Shown here: positions 1 to 8,561 of the stretch, piece by piece
Layout of the letters: every line of letters starts with the position of its first letter
Numbering within the stretch: position 1 is the stretch's first letter
Source: Bacteroidota bacterium
Lineage (GTDB): Bacteria > Bacteroidota > Bacteroidia > Sphingobacteriales > Sphingobacteriaceae
Length of the DNA stretch: 64,000 nt
Assembly: GCA_013288485.1 (NCBI GenBank)
Contig: JABDBW010000001.1
Coordinates: 8,923-72,922, forward strand
Direction: 5' to 3'
Notes under the pieces: generated by a model
Databases searched by the model: none
Seen by the model: only the letters and a program-made list of their open reading frames with translations
What the model was told of the DNA's origin: nothing
Program-made: the position numbers and the translations under genes

Positions 1-57
1 TTAAAAGGCGATTTTGTAGGGCAGGACGTTGCGCCGCTTGCGAGGATGCCAATGTAG
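1..57 (+). CDS. 3' end of a CDS entering from the left edge (…LKGDFVGQDVAPLARMPM*)
   Basis: Open frame 1 ending in TAG at 55-57, directly followed by a repeat typical of gene 3' ends here; too short to identify. Confidence 0.4.
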   Translation, partial: LKGDFVGQDVAPLARMPM

Positions 58-137
58 TTCATGGTTGATAGTTCATGGTTCATCGTATTTGTGGATTGTG
101 CTATTAACCATGAACTATTAACCATGAACTATTAACT
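55..137. repeat. Inverted heptamer tandem repeat (TAGTTCA/TGGTTGA … AACCATG/AACTATT)
   Basis: Left arm tagttcatggttgatagttcatggttcat, right arm aaccatgaactattaaccatgaactattaact; same family at ~45157-45228 and ~47908-48057. Confidence 0.8.
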
Positions 138-144
138 AAAACAT

Positions 145-315
145 ATGACAGCTCCCTCACTCATATTCTGGACAATTTTTGTATTGCCGCTTGTTGTATT
201 CCTGGTCTGGATAATGCGCCAGGATAAACGCTCGGGCTGGATAGGGCTTATCGTTTTGGCTGTTATGGTTATCGGGGGGATTATCTGGATGTATTTGAAA
301 ACGGGCGGCAAGTAA
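145..315 (+). CDS. Small two-TM membrane protein, 56 aa (not in ORF track)
   Basis: MTAPSLIFWTIFVLPLVVFLVWIMRQDKRSGWIGLIVLAVMVIGGIIWMYLKTGGK*; two hydrophobic helices around a basic loop, A-rich leader. Confidence 0.7.
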   Translation: MTAPSLIFWTIFVLPLVVFLVWIMRQDKRSGWIGLIVLAVMVIGGIIWMYLKTGGK

Positions 316-430
316 TTGTATGGACATGATTTTTACAATTAAACCGATCAGGTAAGGTTTTATTAATATTAACCTATTGCTACACATTATATAATCAATT
401 ACTTTTGCACGTAATATAATAACGACAGAT

Positions 431-622
431 ATGACACATCACCCAAAAACAAAAACAGAAAACTACAATAACATTTATTACCCGGTAGGCTTGTTAACCG
501 GCCTTTTTGTGGGAGTTATAGCGGGCGTTAGCCTGGTATGGATATTGGTAAGCGGAATTATAGGGCTATTGTTTACCGCCTTTTTTGTGCAGGTATTGGC
601 TAAAAGCAGTGAAAAGGCCTGA
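431..622 (+). CDS. Small hydrophobic membrane protein, 63 aa
   Basis: ORF track; two Gly-rich hydrophobic segments; TACTTTTG (-7 box) just upstream. Confidence 0.65.
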   Translation: MTHHPKTKTENYNNIYYPVGLLTGLFVGVIAGVSLVWILVSGIIGLLFTAFFVQVLAKSSEKA

Positions 623-734
623 TACTGAACTGCCCTCGTTTATACGCAACTGGAACCAGTTTTACGGCATTGTAGCCGGTTGGCTGGTTTTTTTAATTAT
701 TATATTCTGGCTCATTACCCTTTACTTTAAATGA
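609..734 (+). CDS. Small single-TM protein coupled to the symporter, 41 aa (not in ORF track)
   Basis: GTG start, MKRPDTELPSFIRNWNQFYGIVAGWLVFLIIIFWLITLYFK*; TGA overlaps the symporter ATG (ATGA 731-734). Confidence 0.65.
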   Translation: MKRPDTELPSFIRNWNQFYGIVAGWLVFLIIIFWLITLYFK

Positions 735-2428
735 GCTTAACCGACTGGATCGTTCTTGGCGCCACTATTTTAGTGATAGTAGTATATGGCGTATGGAAGA
801 GCGGCGCCAATAAAACTACCGATCAGTTTTTAGTGGGCGGCCGCTCATTATCATGGTATCATATAGGTTTTTCGGTAATGGCTACGCAGGCCAGCGCTAT
901 TACCTTTTTATCGGCCCCCGGCCAGGCTTATGCCGATGGGATGCGGTTTGTGCAGTTCTATTTCGGCCTGCCGCTGGCCATGATCGTGCTGTGCATTACT
1001 TTTGTACCCATATTCCATCGCCTTAAAGTATACACCGCCTACGAGTTCTTAGAACAGCGGTTCGACCTGAAAACACGCGCGCTTACCTCATTTTTATTTT
1101 TAATACAGCGCGGGCTTTCCACCGGCATAGCTATTTACGCGCCGGCTATTATATTATCCATCATCCTTAATATTAACACTATTTACACCACGCTGTTTAT
1201 TGGCGGGCTGGTTACTTTTTACACGGTATATGGCGGCACCAAAGCGGTTTCTTATACCCAGTTGCTGCAAATGAGTATTATTTTTTTAGGGATGTTTGCC
1301 GCCGGCGTATTGGTAGTTACCCTGTTACCGCATACGGTTGGCTTTACCCATGCGCTTAAACTGGCCGGTAAAATGGGCCGCATGAATGTGATCGACTGGA
1401 AATTTAACCTTAACAACCGCTATAATATATGGAGCGGTATTATTGGCGGCTTCTTTTTGCAGCTATCTTATTTCGGTACGGACCAGAGCCAGGTGGGGCG
1501 CTATTTAACCGGTAGTTCTGTAGGTCAAAGCCGTTTGGGGTTAATTATGAATGGCCTCATTAAAATACCCATGCAGTTTTGTATTTTATTAATTGGCGTA
1601 TTGGTTTTTGCTTTTTACCAGTTTAACCGGCCGCCGCTTTTTTTTAACCAATACGAAGTTAAACAGGTAAAACAAGGCGCTTACGCGGGGCAGTATAACG
1701 CGTTGGAAACAAAATATGCCACCGCTTTTGAACAACGTAAAGCCAAAGCGAATGATCTGATCACCGCCATTAACGGCAAGGATGCGGCGCAGATAAATAA
1801 CGCCCAGGCTAATTTGAAGGCAGCGGATGAACAGGTAAAGAACATCCGCCAGGATGGCATAGGCCTGATGAAAAAGAACAATGAAAAAGCCGATACCGAC
1901 GATACCAACTATGTTTTCCTGAATTTTGTTACCCATTACCTGCCCCGCGGATTAATAGGCCTATTAATAGCTATTGTTTTTTTAGCGTCGATGGGGTCGA
2001 CGGCCAGCGCGTTAAATTCGCTGGCATCAACCAGCGTAATTGATATTTATAAGCGCATTATTAATCCCGGTGCGACGGATAAAAATTACCTGCTGGCTTC
2101 GCGGCTGGCTACTATATTTTGGGGCCTGGTATGTATAGCTATGGCGCTGTATGCAGGTAAAATGGGTAATTTGCTCGAAGCGGTAAACCAGCTGGGCTCC
2201 TATATTTACGGAACCATTTTGGGCGTATTTGTGGTTGCATTTTATGTAAAGCGAGTGGGGGGTACGGCTGTTTTTATTGCCGCGGTTATTACCGAAGCTA
2301 TTATTTGCCTGTTAGGAATTTATGGGGTGGTGGCTTATTTATGGCTAAATGCCATAGGGTGTGTTTTGGTGATATTGTTCTCGCTGGTAATTAACCCGTT
2401 TATAAAAGAAAAAGTGAAAGCGGCCTAA
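731..2428 (+). CDS. Sodium:solute symporter (SSS family)
   Basis: 565 aa, ~13 TM; motifs FLVGGRSL, ATQASAITF, YGGTKAV, GTDQSQVGRYL, ASMGSTASALNS. Confidence 0.93.
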   Translation: MSLTDWIVLGATILVIVVYGVWKSGANKTTDQFLVGGRSLSWYHIGFSVMATQASAITFLSAPGQAYADGMRFVQFYFGLPLAMIVLCITFVPIFHRLKVYTAYEFLEQRFDLKTRALTSFLFLIQRGLSTGIAIYAPAIILSIILNINTIYTTLFIGGLVTFYTVYGGTKAVSYTQLLQMSIIFLGMFAAGVLVVTLLPHTVGFTHALKLAGKMGRMNVIDWKFNLNNRYNIWSGIIGGFFLQLSYFGTDQSQVGRYLTGSSVGQSRLGLIMNGLIKIPMQFCILLIGVLVFAFYQFNRPPLFFNQYEVKQVKQGAYAGQYNALETKYATAFEQRKAKANDLITAINGKDAAQINNAQANLKAADEQVKNIRQDGIGLMKKNNEKADTDDTNYVFLNFVTHYLPRGLIGLLIAIVFLASMGSTASALNSLASTSVIDIYKRIINPGATDKNYLLASRLATIFWGLVCIAMALYAGKMGNLLEAVNQLGSYIYGTILGVFVVAFYVKRVGGTAVFIAAVITEAIICLLGIYGVVAYLWLNAIGCVLVILFSLVINPFIKEKVKAA

Positions 2429-2513
2429 AAAAATAAATGCCCCTTCGAACTTGCTTCTTGGGGGCATTCAACCTAAACCTTATCACAATTAAGCCGGTAA
2501 GATTACCAGCTTG
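2427..2513 (-). ncRNA. Candidate sigma54-dependent small RNA (~85 nt)
   Basis: 5' hairpin AAGCTGGTAA/TTACCGGCTT, single-stranded AATTGTGATAAGGTTTAGGTTG, terminator AATGCCCC…GGGGCATT-TATTTTTTT; sigma54 box upstream. Confidence 0.55.
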
Positions 2514-2523
2514 CATAGTATAA

Positions 2524-2540
2524 AGCAATTACTGTACCAA
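2524..2540 (-). promoter_or_regulatory. sigma54 (-24/-12) promoter
   Basis: Minus strand TTGGTACAGTAATTGCT = GG-N10-GC, matches TGGCACNNNNNTTGCW consensus. Confidence 0.6.
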
Positions 2541-2691
2541 TATTTGTTATGACAGCTAATTTTTACTTTTATGCTAATTTATGCTAAAAGTGGCAGTATG
2601 TGCCGGTTAAAACTGCTCTTTTGTCCAACTCTTTTTTCGGGCGCCAATATCCGGTGTTGCCATTTTGCTACAATAAACTGTACAAAAATTA

Positions 2692-3183
2692 TTACGAATG
2701 TTTAACAAAATGCCTTTTGCGCAGGAAACCATCAAATAAAAACAACAGTAATACTACATCAAAAAACAAAAACCCTTTTACTACGCTGCCGCTCAAAAAT
2801 ACTTTCAGGTCTGGGAGTTTTAATGCAGGCACAACAGCCGTGTTACCCGCCGACCAGTTAATGTTTACCAGCATAAATATTAATAAAGCCGCTATGGTAA
2901 ATACAAAAAACCCGGCTATTCCCTTTATGATCCGGCTGTCAATGGCTGCTTTAAGCGGTTTTTTCGCATAATCGGCCCGTATGGTTTCCAGTACGTTATA
3001 GGTAAGGGCCATTGATGGCTCATCCATTTCCATCTCAGCTATCTCCCGGTTAAGAGCCAGTAGCTCAAGGTATTTTTGCCGGTAGGTCTCGTCTTGCGCA
3101 ATAAGCAGGTCAATGGCTTCACGTTCCTCTGTTGAGCAGGCGCCATCAATATATTCCCAAAGTTTTTCTTCTATGCTGTTCAT
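2692..3183 (-). CDS. Membrane-anchored anti-sigma factor
   Basis: N-terminal ASD-like helix (LWEYIDG…EREAI), two TM segments; overlaps sigma stop by 4 nt. Confidence 0.8.
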   Translation of the reverse strand: MNSIEEKLWEYIDGACSTEEREAIDLLIAQDETYRQKYLELLALNREIAEMEMDEPSMALTYNVLETIRADYAKKPLKAAIDSRIIKGIAGFFVFTIAALLIFMLVNINWSAGNTAVVPALKLPDLKVFLSGSVVKGFLFFDVVLLLFLFDGFLRKRHFVKHS

Positions 3184-3761
3184 ACCAGTTCTTTAACTTC
3201 ATGTTTTAAATTACGCTCCAGTTTTTCTTTTAAACGCTGGCGCGCCCTGAATAATTTAACCTTAACACTATTGGCTTCAATGCCTAATGTTTGGGCAATT
3301 TCTTCCAATGATTGTTCGCCCTTGTAAAATAACGTAATTATGGTGGCATCATCAGGTGTTAATTGCGAAATAGCCTGGTCTACATAAAATGACCTCGACT
3401 TGTTCTCAGCATTATTAACGTCATAACCTGACGGGGTGTTTTCTATTTGAATATAAGTTTCTTCATCATCTATAGAAGTAGTGTCAACCCTCTTTTTGCG
3501 TAAGGCCGTCATGGCCGTAGTATAAACAATCGTATACAGCCATGTACTGAATTTCGATTCCTGTTTAAACAATGCGAGCGAACGGTACGCTTTTATAAAG
3601 CAATCCTGCGCTATTTCCTCCGCATCCTCCCGGTTCTTAGCAAAACGCAAAGCCAGCGTAAATACAAAACGCTGATGGCGTTTAACCAAATCAGCATAAG
3701 CCGATTGATCTCCCGACAGCGTTTGCACTATCAATTCTATATCCGAAAGTTTGCTTTGCAT
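3180..3761 (-). CDS. ECF sigma-70 factor (RpoE/SigW-like)
   Basis: Region 2 DAEEIAQDCFIKAY…FSTWLY, region 4 SLEEIAQTLGIEANSVKVKLFRAR. Confidence 0.95.
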   Translation of the reverse strand: MQSKLSDIELIVQTLSGDQSAYADLVKRHQRFVFTLALRFAKNREDAEEIAQDCFIKAYRSLALFKQESKFSTWLYTIVYTTAMTALRKKRVDTTSIDDEETYIQIENTPSGYDVNNAENKSRSFYVDQAISQLTPDDATIITLFYKGEQSLEEIAQTLGIEANSVKVKLFRARQRLKEKLERNLKHEVKELV

Positions 3762-3775
3762 GTTATTATGCTATC

Positions 3776-3803
3776 TGACGACAGATTACTAATTGAGGTT
3801 ACA
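3776..3803 (-). promoter_or_regulatory. ECF promoter for sigma/anti-sigma operon (autoregulation)
   Basis: TGTAACCT-N13-GTCGTCA on minus strand; identical boxes and spacing to 3942-3969. Confidence 0.7.
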
Positions 3804-3941
3804 TTATTATGTAAATATACTTCTTTAGTTTGCAGTCCTCAGTGGGCAGTTGGCACACCTAATACTATAATATTTTAATTAAGGTGATTTTCTGTAAGCT
3901 GCCCACTGCGAACTGCCCACTGCAAACTTTTTAAAAAACAT

Positions 3942-3969
3942 TGTAACCTAATAAAAAACCACGTCGTCA
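3942..3969 (+). promoter_or_regulatory. ECF promoter for the DUF6249-like gene
   Basis: TGTAACCT-N13-GTCGTCA; AAC/CGTC ECF consensus. Confidence 0.7.
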
Positions 3970-4036
3970 TAGCTTACAATTACACTAAAATGGTGTAGAT
4001 GAAAACTTAAAAAATTAACATTAAAAATTAAATAAG

Positions 4037-4399
4037 ATGGACGAACATGTATTAGGGGTTTTGGTCCCCATTTTAGTGCCAATGGCAATGTTTGCGATGG
4101 TATTTGGAATTGTTTACCTAGGTAACCGCGAAAGAATGGCCATGATAGAACGTGGTATGGATCCACGAAGCTCGAAAAAGCCAATTAACCGTAATTATGT
4201 ACTTACCTGGGGCTTATTATTAATTGGTGCGGGTGTGGGTTTGTTTTTGGCTTACTTATTAGATCATACTGCTTTTGCAGGCATGAATAACGATGATAAC
4301 CCTGCTGTTTATTTCGCACTGATAGCTGTATTTGGCGGTTCGGGCCTGTTTGTATCCTACCTGATCGAGAAAAAGGACGCGAAGAAACTGGAAGAATAA
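4037..4399 (+). CDS. DUF6249-like membrane protein
   Basis: NRERMAMIERGMDP motif, three TM segments, divergent from an ECF sigma as is typical for this family. Confidence 0.75.
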   Translation: MDEHVLGVLVPILVPMAMFAMVFGIVYLGNRERMAMIERGMDPRSSKKPINRNYVLTWGLLLIGAGVGLFLAYLLDHTAFAGMNNDDNPAVYFALIAVFGGSGLFVSYLIEKKDAKKLEE

Positions 4400-4470
4400 G
4401 GTAAAAGGCAAAAGGTGAAAGGTAAAGGGTTGATTTCGCCTTTTACCTTTCACCTTTTACCTTTCAGCCT
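4398..4470. repeat. Inverted heptamer tandem repeat (AAAGGTA/AAAGGTG … TACCTTT), possible bidirectional terminator
   Basis: aaggtaaaaggcaaaaggtgaaaggtaaaggg … ccttttacctttcaccttttacctttcagcct between convergent genes; half copy at 13413-13443. Confidence 0.75.
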
Positions 4471-4978
4471 ATACCAAATACTTTTCATTAATAATTTTAA
4501 CATGGTGCATTTCATGGCCCGCCATGATATAAACCAATGCCAATACCGATATTTTATTGCCGCTGGCAATACCCGTTGCGGCAAATTGTTCGGGACTTAA
4601 CGAATGTAGAAGGTATAAGTTGGCCTCCCGCACCGTCTTAAACTCTTCCGCAAGGTTACCTATTGAGCGACTCTTGAAGGTTGCATTTTCCACATATATA
4701 TTTTCATCAAACCCGGGCAATTCTGGTTGCCCGCGCGAAAAGGCGAGAATACGGTAAGCAAAAGTGCGTTCAGCATCTATCATATGGCCCAATACTTCTT
4801 TAATGGTCCATTTGCCCTCAGCATAGGCATAGTTGGCCTGTTCGTCGCTTAGTTTGCTAAAAAGAGCGTAGGTGTTTTCGGCAAGGTCTTCCAGTATATC
4901 TAAAACAGGCCCTTCGCCAACCATTCGCATGTAGGTGCCATAAAATGGCGCATATTCTTCTTCTGCTGGTTTATTCAT
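4469..4978 (-). CDS. DinB/YfiT-like family protein
   Basis: YAEGKWTIKEVLGHMIDAER and GHEMHH His motifs. Confidence 0.88.
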   Translation of the reverse strand: MNKPAEEEYAPFYGTYMRMVGEGPVLDILEDLAENTYALFSKLSDEQANYAYAEGKWTIKEVLGHMIDAERTFAYRILAFSRGQPELPGFDENIYVENATFKSRSIGNLAEEFKTVREANLYLLHSLSPEQFAATGIASGNKISVLALVYIMAGHEMHHVKIINEKYLV

Positions 4979-6194
4979 CGTTCCTTATATTTTTTAAAAT
5001 GATCCTGAAAGTTGTACCCTTGCCTAATTCCGAATCGCGTACAAATATCTGCCCGTTATGGTAATTCTCCACCATTCGTTTGGTTAATGACAGACCCAAA
5101 CCCCAGCCACGCTTTCGCGTAGTATAACCCGGCTGAAAAACAGTAGCAAATTTAGAGCGCGGTATGCCTTTGCCGGTATCGGTTACGTCAATATAAACCT
5201 GGTCTTTAACCTTATTGGTAAAAATGTTTACTTTAATACTGCCCTTGCCTTCAATGGCGTTTACCGCGTTTTTAAGTAAATTCTCTATCACCCAATCAAA
5301 TAAAGGAATATTTAAACCTGCTTTCAGTTCAGTATTTCCGGTTATCTCAAAATTTATATTATTGCTTACCCGTACCTTAAAGTAATCAACAAAATCATTA
5401 ACTACCTCATATACAGAATGCCCTTCCAATTTTGGTTTGGAGCCTATTTTTGAAAATCTGTCGGCTACTATCTCCAGCCGCCTAACATCATTCTCCATTT
5501 CGGCTACCAGCGGGTCTTCTTCGGCATTAAATTTATCTTTTATTAACTCTATCCATGCCATTAATGAGGATATAGGCGTACCCAGCTGGTGCGCGGTTTC
5601 TTTGGCTAATCCCACCCAAACCTGGTTCTGCTCAGACTTTCGCGATGAGTTAAAAGCCGTGTAAGCCAATAATAAAAATACCGCGATAACCGAAAGCTGC
5701 ACAAAAGGAAAAAACTTTAACTGGGTAAGCAGCGGTGAATTTTTATAGTAGATCAGGTTATTGCCCTTACCTAATCCGGGCAGGTTTATAATAATAGGCT
5801 CGTGCTGGGCCTTCATGGTAGCCAGCTCAGATCTATAGTATCCCGGATCATATTTGGGCCCTTTTTTATCTTTTATGGCGTCAGGAGGTGGGGGTATAAA
5901 AGTTTTAGTGCTGTCGAGGCCTTTCGTGGTAATAATGTCACCCTTTTCATTGGTAACTATAGCAGGTACGATCGAACTGTCGCGAACGGCTAAAACAAAA
6001 GGTAAAAAGTCGTTATCATCTGATGTGATACTCTGCCTCATACTCATTGCCCATAACTGCGCGCGTGTACGCTCTTTCTGGGCAATATTCCGCACCAGGT
6101 AATTGGTATAAAACAATGACCCGCTGGCAATAATTATGGCAAACGCAAGCAATATGTATTTCCAGAGTCGCTTATTTTGGTAGGTATTTAGCAT
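4971..6194 (-). CDS. Sensor histidine kinase (no adjacent regulator)
   Basis: Two TM, H-box ETAHQLGTPISS, N-box ENLLKNA, DTGKGI, GWGLGLS. Confidence 0.93.
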   Translation of the reverse strand: MLNTYQNKRLWKYILLAFAIIIASGSLFYTNYLVRNIAQKERTRAQLWAMSMRQSITSDDNDFLPFVLAVRDSSIVPAIVTNEKGDIITTKGLDSTKTFIPPPPDAIKDKKGPKYDPGYYRSELATMKAQHEPIIINLPGLGKGNNLIYYKNSPLLTQLKFFPFVQLSVIAVFLLLAYTAFNSSRKSEQNQVWVGLAKETAHQLGTPISSLMAWIELIKDKFNAEEDPLVAEMENDVRRLEIVADRFSKIGSKPKLEGHSVYEVVNDFVDYFKVRVSNNINFEITGNTELKAGLNIPLFDWVIENLLKNAVNAIEGKGSIKVNIFTNKVKDQVYIDVTDTGKGIPRSKFATVFQPGYTTRKRGWGLGLSLTKRMVENYHNGQIFVRDSELGKGTTFRIILKNIRNDE

Positions 6195-6248
6195 ATCAGC
6201 TTCAAATAACGTAAAATAGGTTTGTATCTTATAATTTTATTAAGTACG

Positions 6249-6435
6249 TAAGTCCGATAGTCCGCGTAAGTCCGAAAGTTGAGTATGCAAATATGTAGCC
6301 GGACCAGGGTGGACCACCCCGGACCACCCCGGACCACCCGGACCAGGGCGGACCACCTGGACCAGGATGGCCCACCTGATCTCATACAGCTAATTTACAT
6401 CTTTACGGACTTTCCGACTTCCTGACTTTCCGACT
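6249..6435. repeat. Nested repeat: inverted AAGTCCG-type arms enclosing a GGACCA array
   Basis: aagtccgatagtccgcgtaagtccgaaagt … cggactttccgacttcctgactttccgact; seven GGACCA units at 6301-6365. Confidence 0.75.
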
Positions 6436-6462
6436 ACAGACTAATAACTATCTTTGCCCCCA

Positions 6463-7986
6463 ATGTCAGATAAAAAAGTTAGAGTTCGTTTTGCGCCAAG
6501 CCCTACGGGCGGGTTACATTTAGGCGGGGTACGCACCGCCCTGTTTAATTACCTTTTTGCTAAAAAACATGGTGGAGATTTTATTTTACGAATAGAGGAT
6601 ACCGATCAAAACCGCTATGTTGAAGGCGCCGAAGCCTATATAATGGATTGTTTGAACTGGTGCGGCATCATTCCTGATGAAAGCCCGGTAAACCCCGGCC
6701 AATATGCGCCGTACCGCCAGAGCGAGCGCAAAAGCATTTACCGCGAATATGCCGAAAGGCTGGTGATGCAGGGCCATGCCTATTACGCTTTTGATACCGC
6801 AGAAGAACTGGACAAGAACCGTAAAGAAATACCAAATTTTCAATACGGGCAGGTTTACAGGGATGGTTTACGCAACTCTTTATCATTGCCGCAGCACGAG
6901 GTTGACCAGTTACTGGCTAACCATACGCCGCATGTTATCCGCATAAAAATTCCGGCTGACGAGACGGTTAGCTTTACTGATATGATACGCGGCCGTGTTA
7001 GTTTTGAAACCAACCAGGTTGATGATAAAGTTTTATTAAAGGCCGATGGTATGCCAACCTATCATTTGGCAGTGGTGGTTGATGATTATTTAATGAAAAT
7101 ATCACATGCTTTCAGGGGGGAGGAGTGGCTGCCATCGGCGCCCGTGCATTTATTACTTTGGAATTATTTAGGGTGGAAAGCTGATATGCCGCAATGGGCG
7201 CACCTGCCTTTAATATTAAAGCCCGACGGGCACGGTAAATTAAGCAAACGCGACGGCGCAAGGCTGGGTATACCGGTTTATGCACTTGACTGGGAAGATG
7301 AACAGTCGGGAACAACAACGCAAGGCTTTAAAGGAATGGGCTTTTTACCTGAAGCTTTTGTGAATTTCCTTGCAACGCTTGGATGGAACGATGGTTCAGG
7401 ACAGGAGATTTTTACAATGGATGAGTTGATCAATAAATTTTCCATGGAAAGGATAAGTAAGGCCGGCGCTAAGTTTGATTTTGAAAAAGCAAGGTGGTAT
7501 AATGCCGAATGGATAAAGAGGCTTAAAGCTGAAAGCTTAAAGCTAAAAGTTAAAGGGGTTTTAGAGAGCAAAGGTATTACTGTTAATGATGACGCGTATC
7601 TGTTAACCGTTATTGAACTGGTAAAAGACCGCTGTACCTTATTGTCTGATTTTTACCGACAGGCAGGCTACTTTTTTGAAAGCCCGGCCGAATATGACCT
7701 TGATGCCATTAAACCTAAATGGACAGACGGGAAAACGGCATTTTTTAATGCTATTATTGAAATACTAAAAGCAAGCCAGGCAATTGAAGCAGCTGAATTA
7801 GAAAACACATTTAAAACATTAGCCGAAGAAAAAGGATTAAAGACCGGCGATGTGATGCTGCCCTTCCGTATTATGCTGGTGGGCGGTAAATTTGGTCCGC
7901 ATGTTTTTGATATCGCGGCTTTATTGGGTAAAGAAGAAACTATCAGCAGGATAAATAAGGCGTTGGCGGTGTTTGCAACTCAATAA
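6463..7986 (+). CDS. gltX: Glutamate--tRNA ligase
   Basis: RFAPSPTG, HLGG (HIGH), RIEDTD, KLSKR (KMSKS); ATG 6463 preferred over TTG 6454. Confidence 0.97.
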   Translation: MSDKKVRVRFAPSPTGGLHLGGVRTALFNYLFAKKHGGDFILRIEDTDQNRYVEGAEAYIMDCLNWCGIIPDESPVNPGQYAPYRQSERKSIYREYAERLVMQGHAYYAFDTAEELDKNRKEIPNFQYGQVYRDGLRNSLSLPQHEVDQLLANHTPHVIRIKIPADETVSFTDMIRGRVSFETNQVDDKVLLKADGMPTYHLAVVVDDYLMKISHAFRGEEWLPSAPVHLLLWNYLGWKADMPQWAHLPLILKPDGHGKLSKRDGARLGIPVYALDWEDEQSGTTTQGFKGMGFLPEAFVNFLATLGWNDGSGQEIFTMDELINKFSMERISKAGAKFDFEKARWYNAEWIKRLKAESLKLKVKGVLESKGITVNDDAYLLTVIELVKDRCTLLSDFYRQAGYFFESPAEYDLDAIKPKWTDGKTAFFNAIIEILKASQAIEAAELENTFKTLAEEKGLKTGDVMLPFRIMLVGGKFGPHVFDIAALLGKEETISRINKALAVFATQ

Positions 7987-7992
7987 AAACGT

Positions 7993-8087
7993 TTGTCATT
8001 CTGAGCGATAGCGAAGAATCTTATACGCGCGAAATGCCGGCTGCCTGTCAATCTTACAAGATTCTTCGCGATTGCTCAGAATGACAA
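7993..8087. repeat. REP-like palindrome (GTCATT…AATCT / AGATT…AATGAC family)
   Basis: ttgtcattctgagcgatagcgaagaatctt … aagattcttcgcgattgctcagaatgacaa; related element at 48744-48880. Confidence 0.8.
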
Positions 8088-8125
8088 TGGGTATTTTTTA
8101 ATAGCTTTGAAAAAATAAACCACCT

Positions 8126-8458
8126 ATGGATAACAATATTGATTTTTTCGGATTTTTAGGTATAGCTATTTATTTAGGTTCAGTAGCCTTTATTGCAGGC
8201 ATTATATTCCAAACCTTTGTGGTAGTAAAATATAATAAACCATTTACATGGGGCAAACTCACTTTACTGCTGATAGCAACACGTGTAATATCGCTGGCGC
8301 TTACTATATTGATATGGAAATACTGGCCTTTTTCATTTGAAATGATGCAGGGCCCGGTACTTGCCCCCTCGGTTATAGCCGAAATTATTGCCTGCCCGCT
8401 CATGCTGAAGCTTTTTAAGCATGAAATTTTCAAAAAAACCGACAGGATAATTACCTGA
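8126..8458 (+). CDS. Hypothetical membrane protein, 110 aa
   Basis: Three hydrophobic segments, ATG with A-rich leader; no recognised motif. Confidence 0.65.
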   Translation: MDNNIDFFGFLGIAIYLGSVAFIAGIIFQTFVVVKYNKPFTWGKLTLLLIATRVISLALTILIWKYWPFSFEMMQGPVLAPSVIAEIIACPLMLKLFKHEIFKKTDRIIT

Positions 8459-8492
8459 AACCACCATTCGAAGAAACTATCCTCCCTGAAAT

Positions 8493-8530
8493 AAAAAAGG
8501 CTTGCGAAGTTTTTAAACTTCGCAAGCCTC
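8493..8530 (-). terminator. Intrinsic terminator after Lrp/AsnC gene
   Basis: aggcttgcgaagttt-ttaaacttcgcaagcct hairpin with T-run on minus strand. Confidence 0.75.
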
Positions 8531-8561
8531 CCACTATATATTATAAGGTATAAGTAAAAAT

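Noticed and set aside
157-387. Minus-strand 76-aa ORF
   Set aside because: Antisense to a more credible 56-aa membrane protein at 145-315
6188-6385. 65-aa ORF MRSGGPSWSRW…
   Set aside because: Translation of the GGACCA repeat array
6195-6462. T-box or riboswitch leader for gltX (also checked upstream of serS)
   Set aside because: No T-box consensus; -7 boxes lie right next to the start codons, leaving no room
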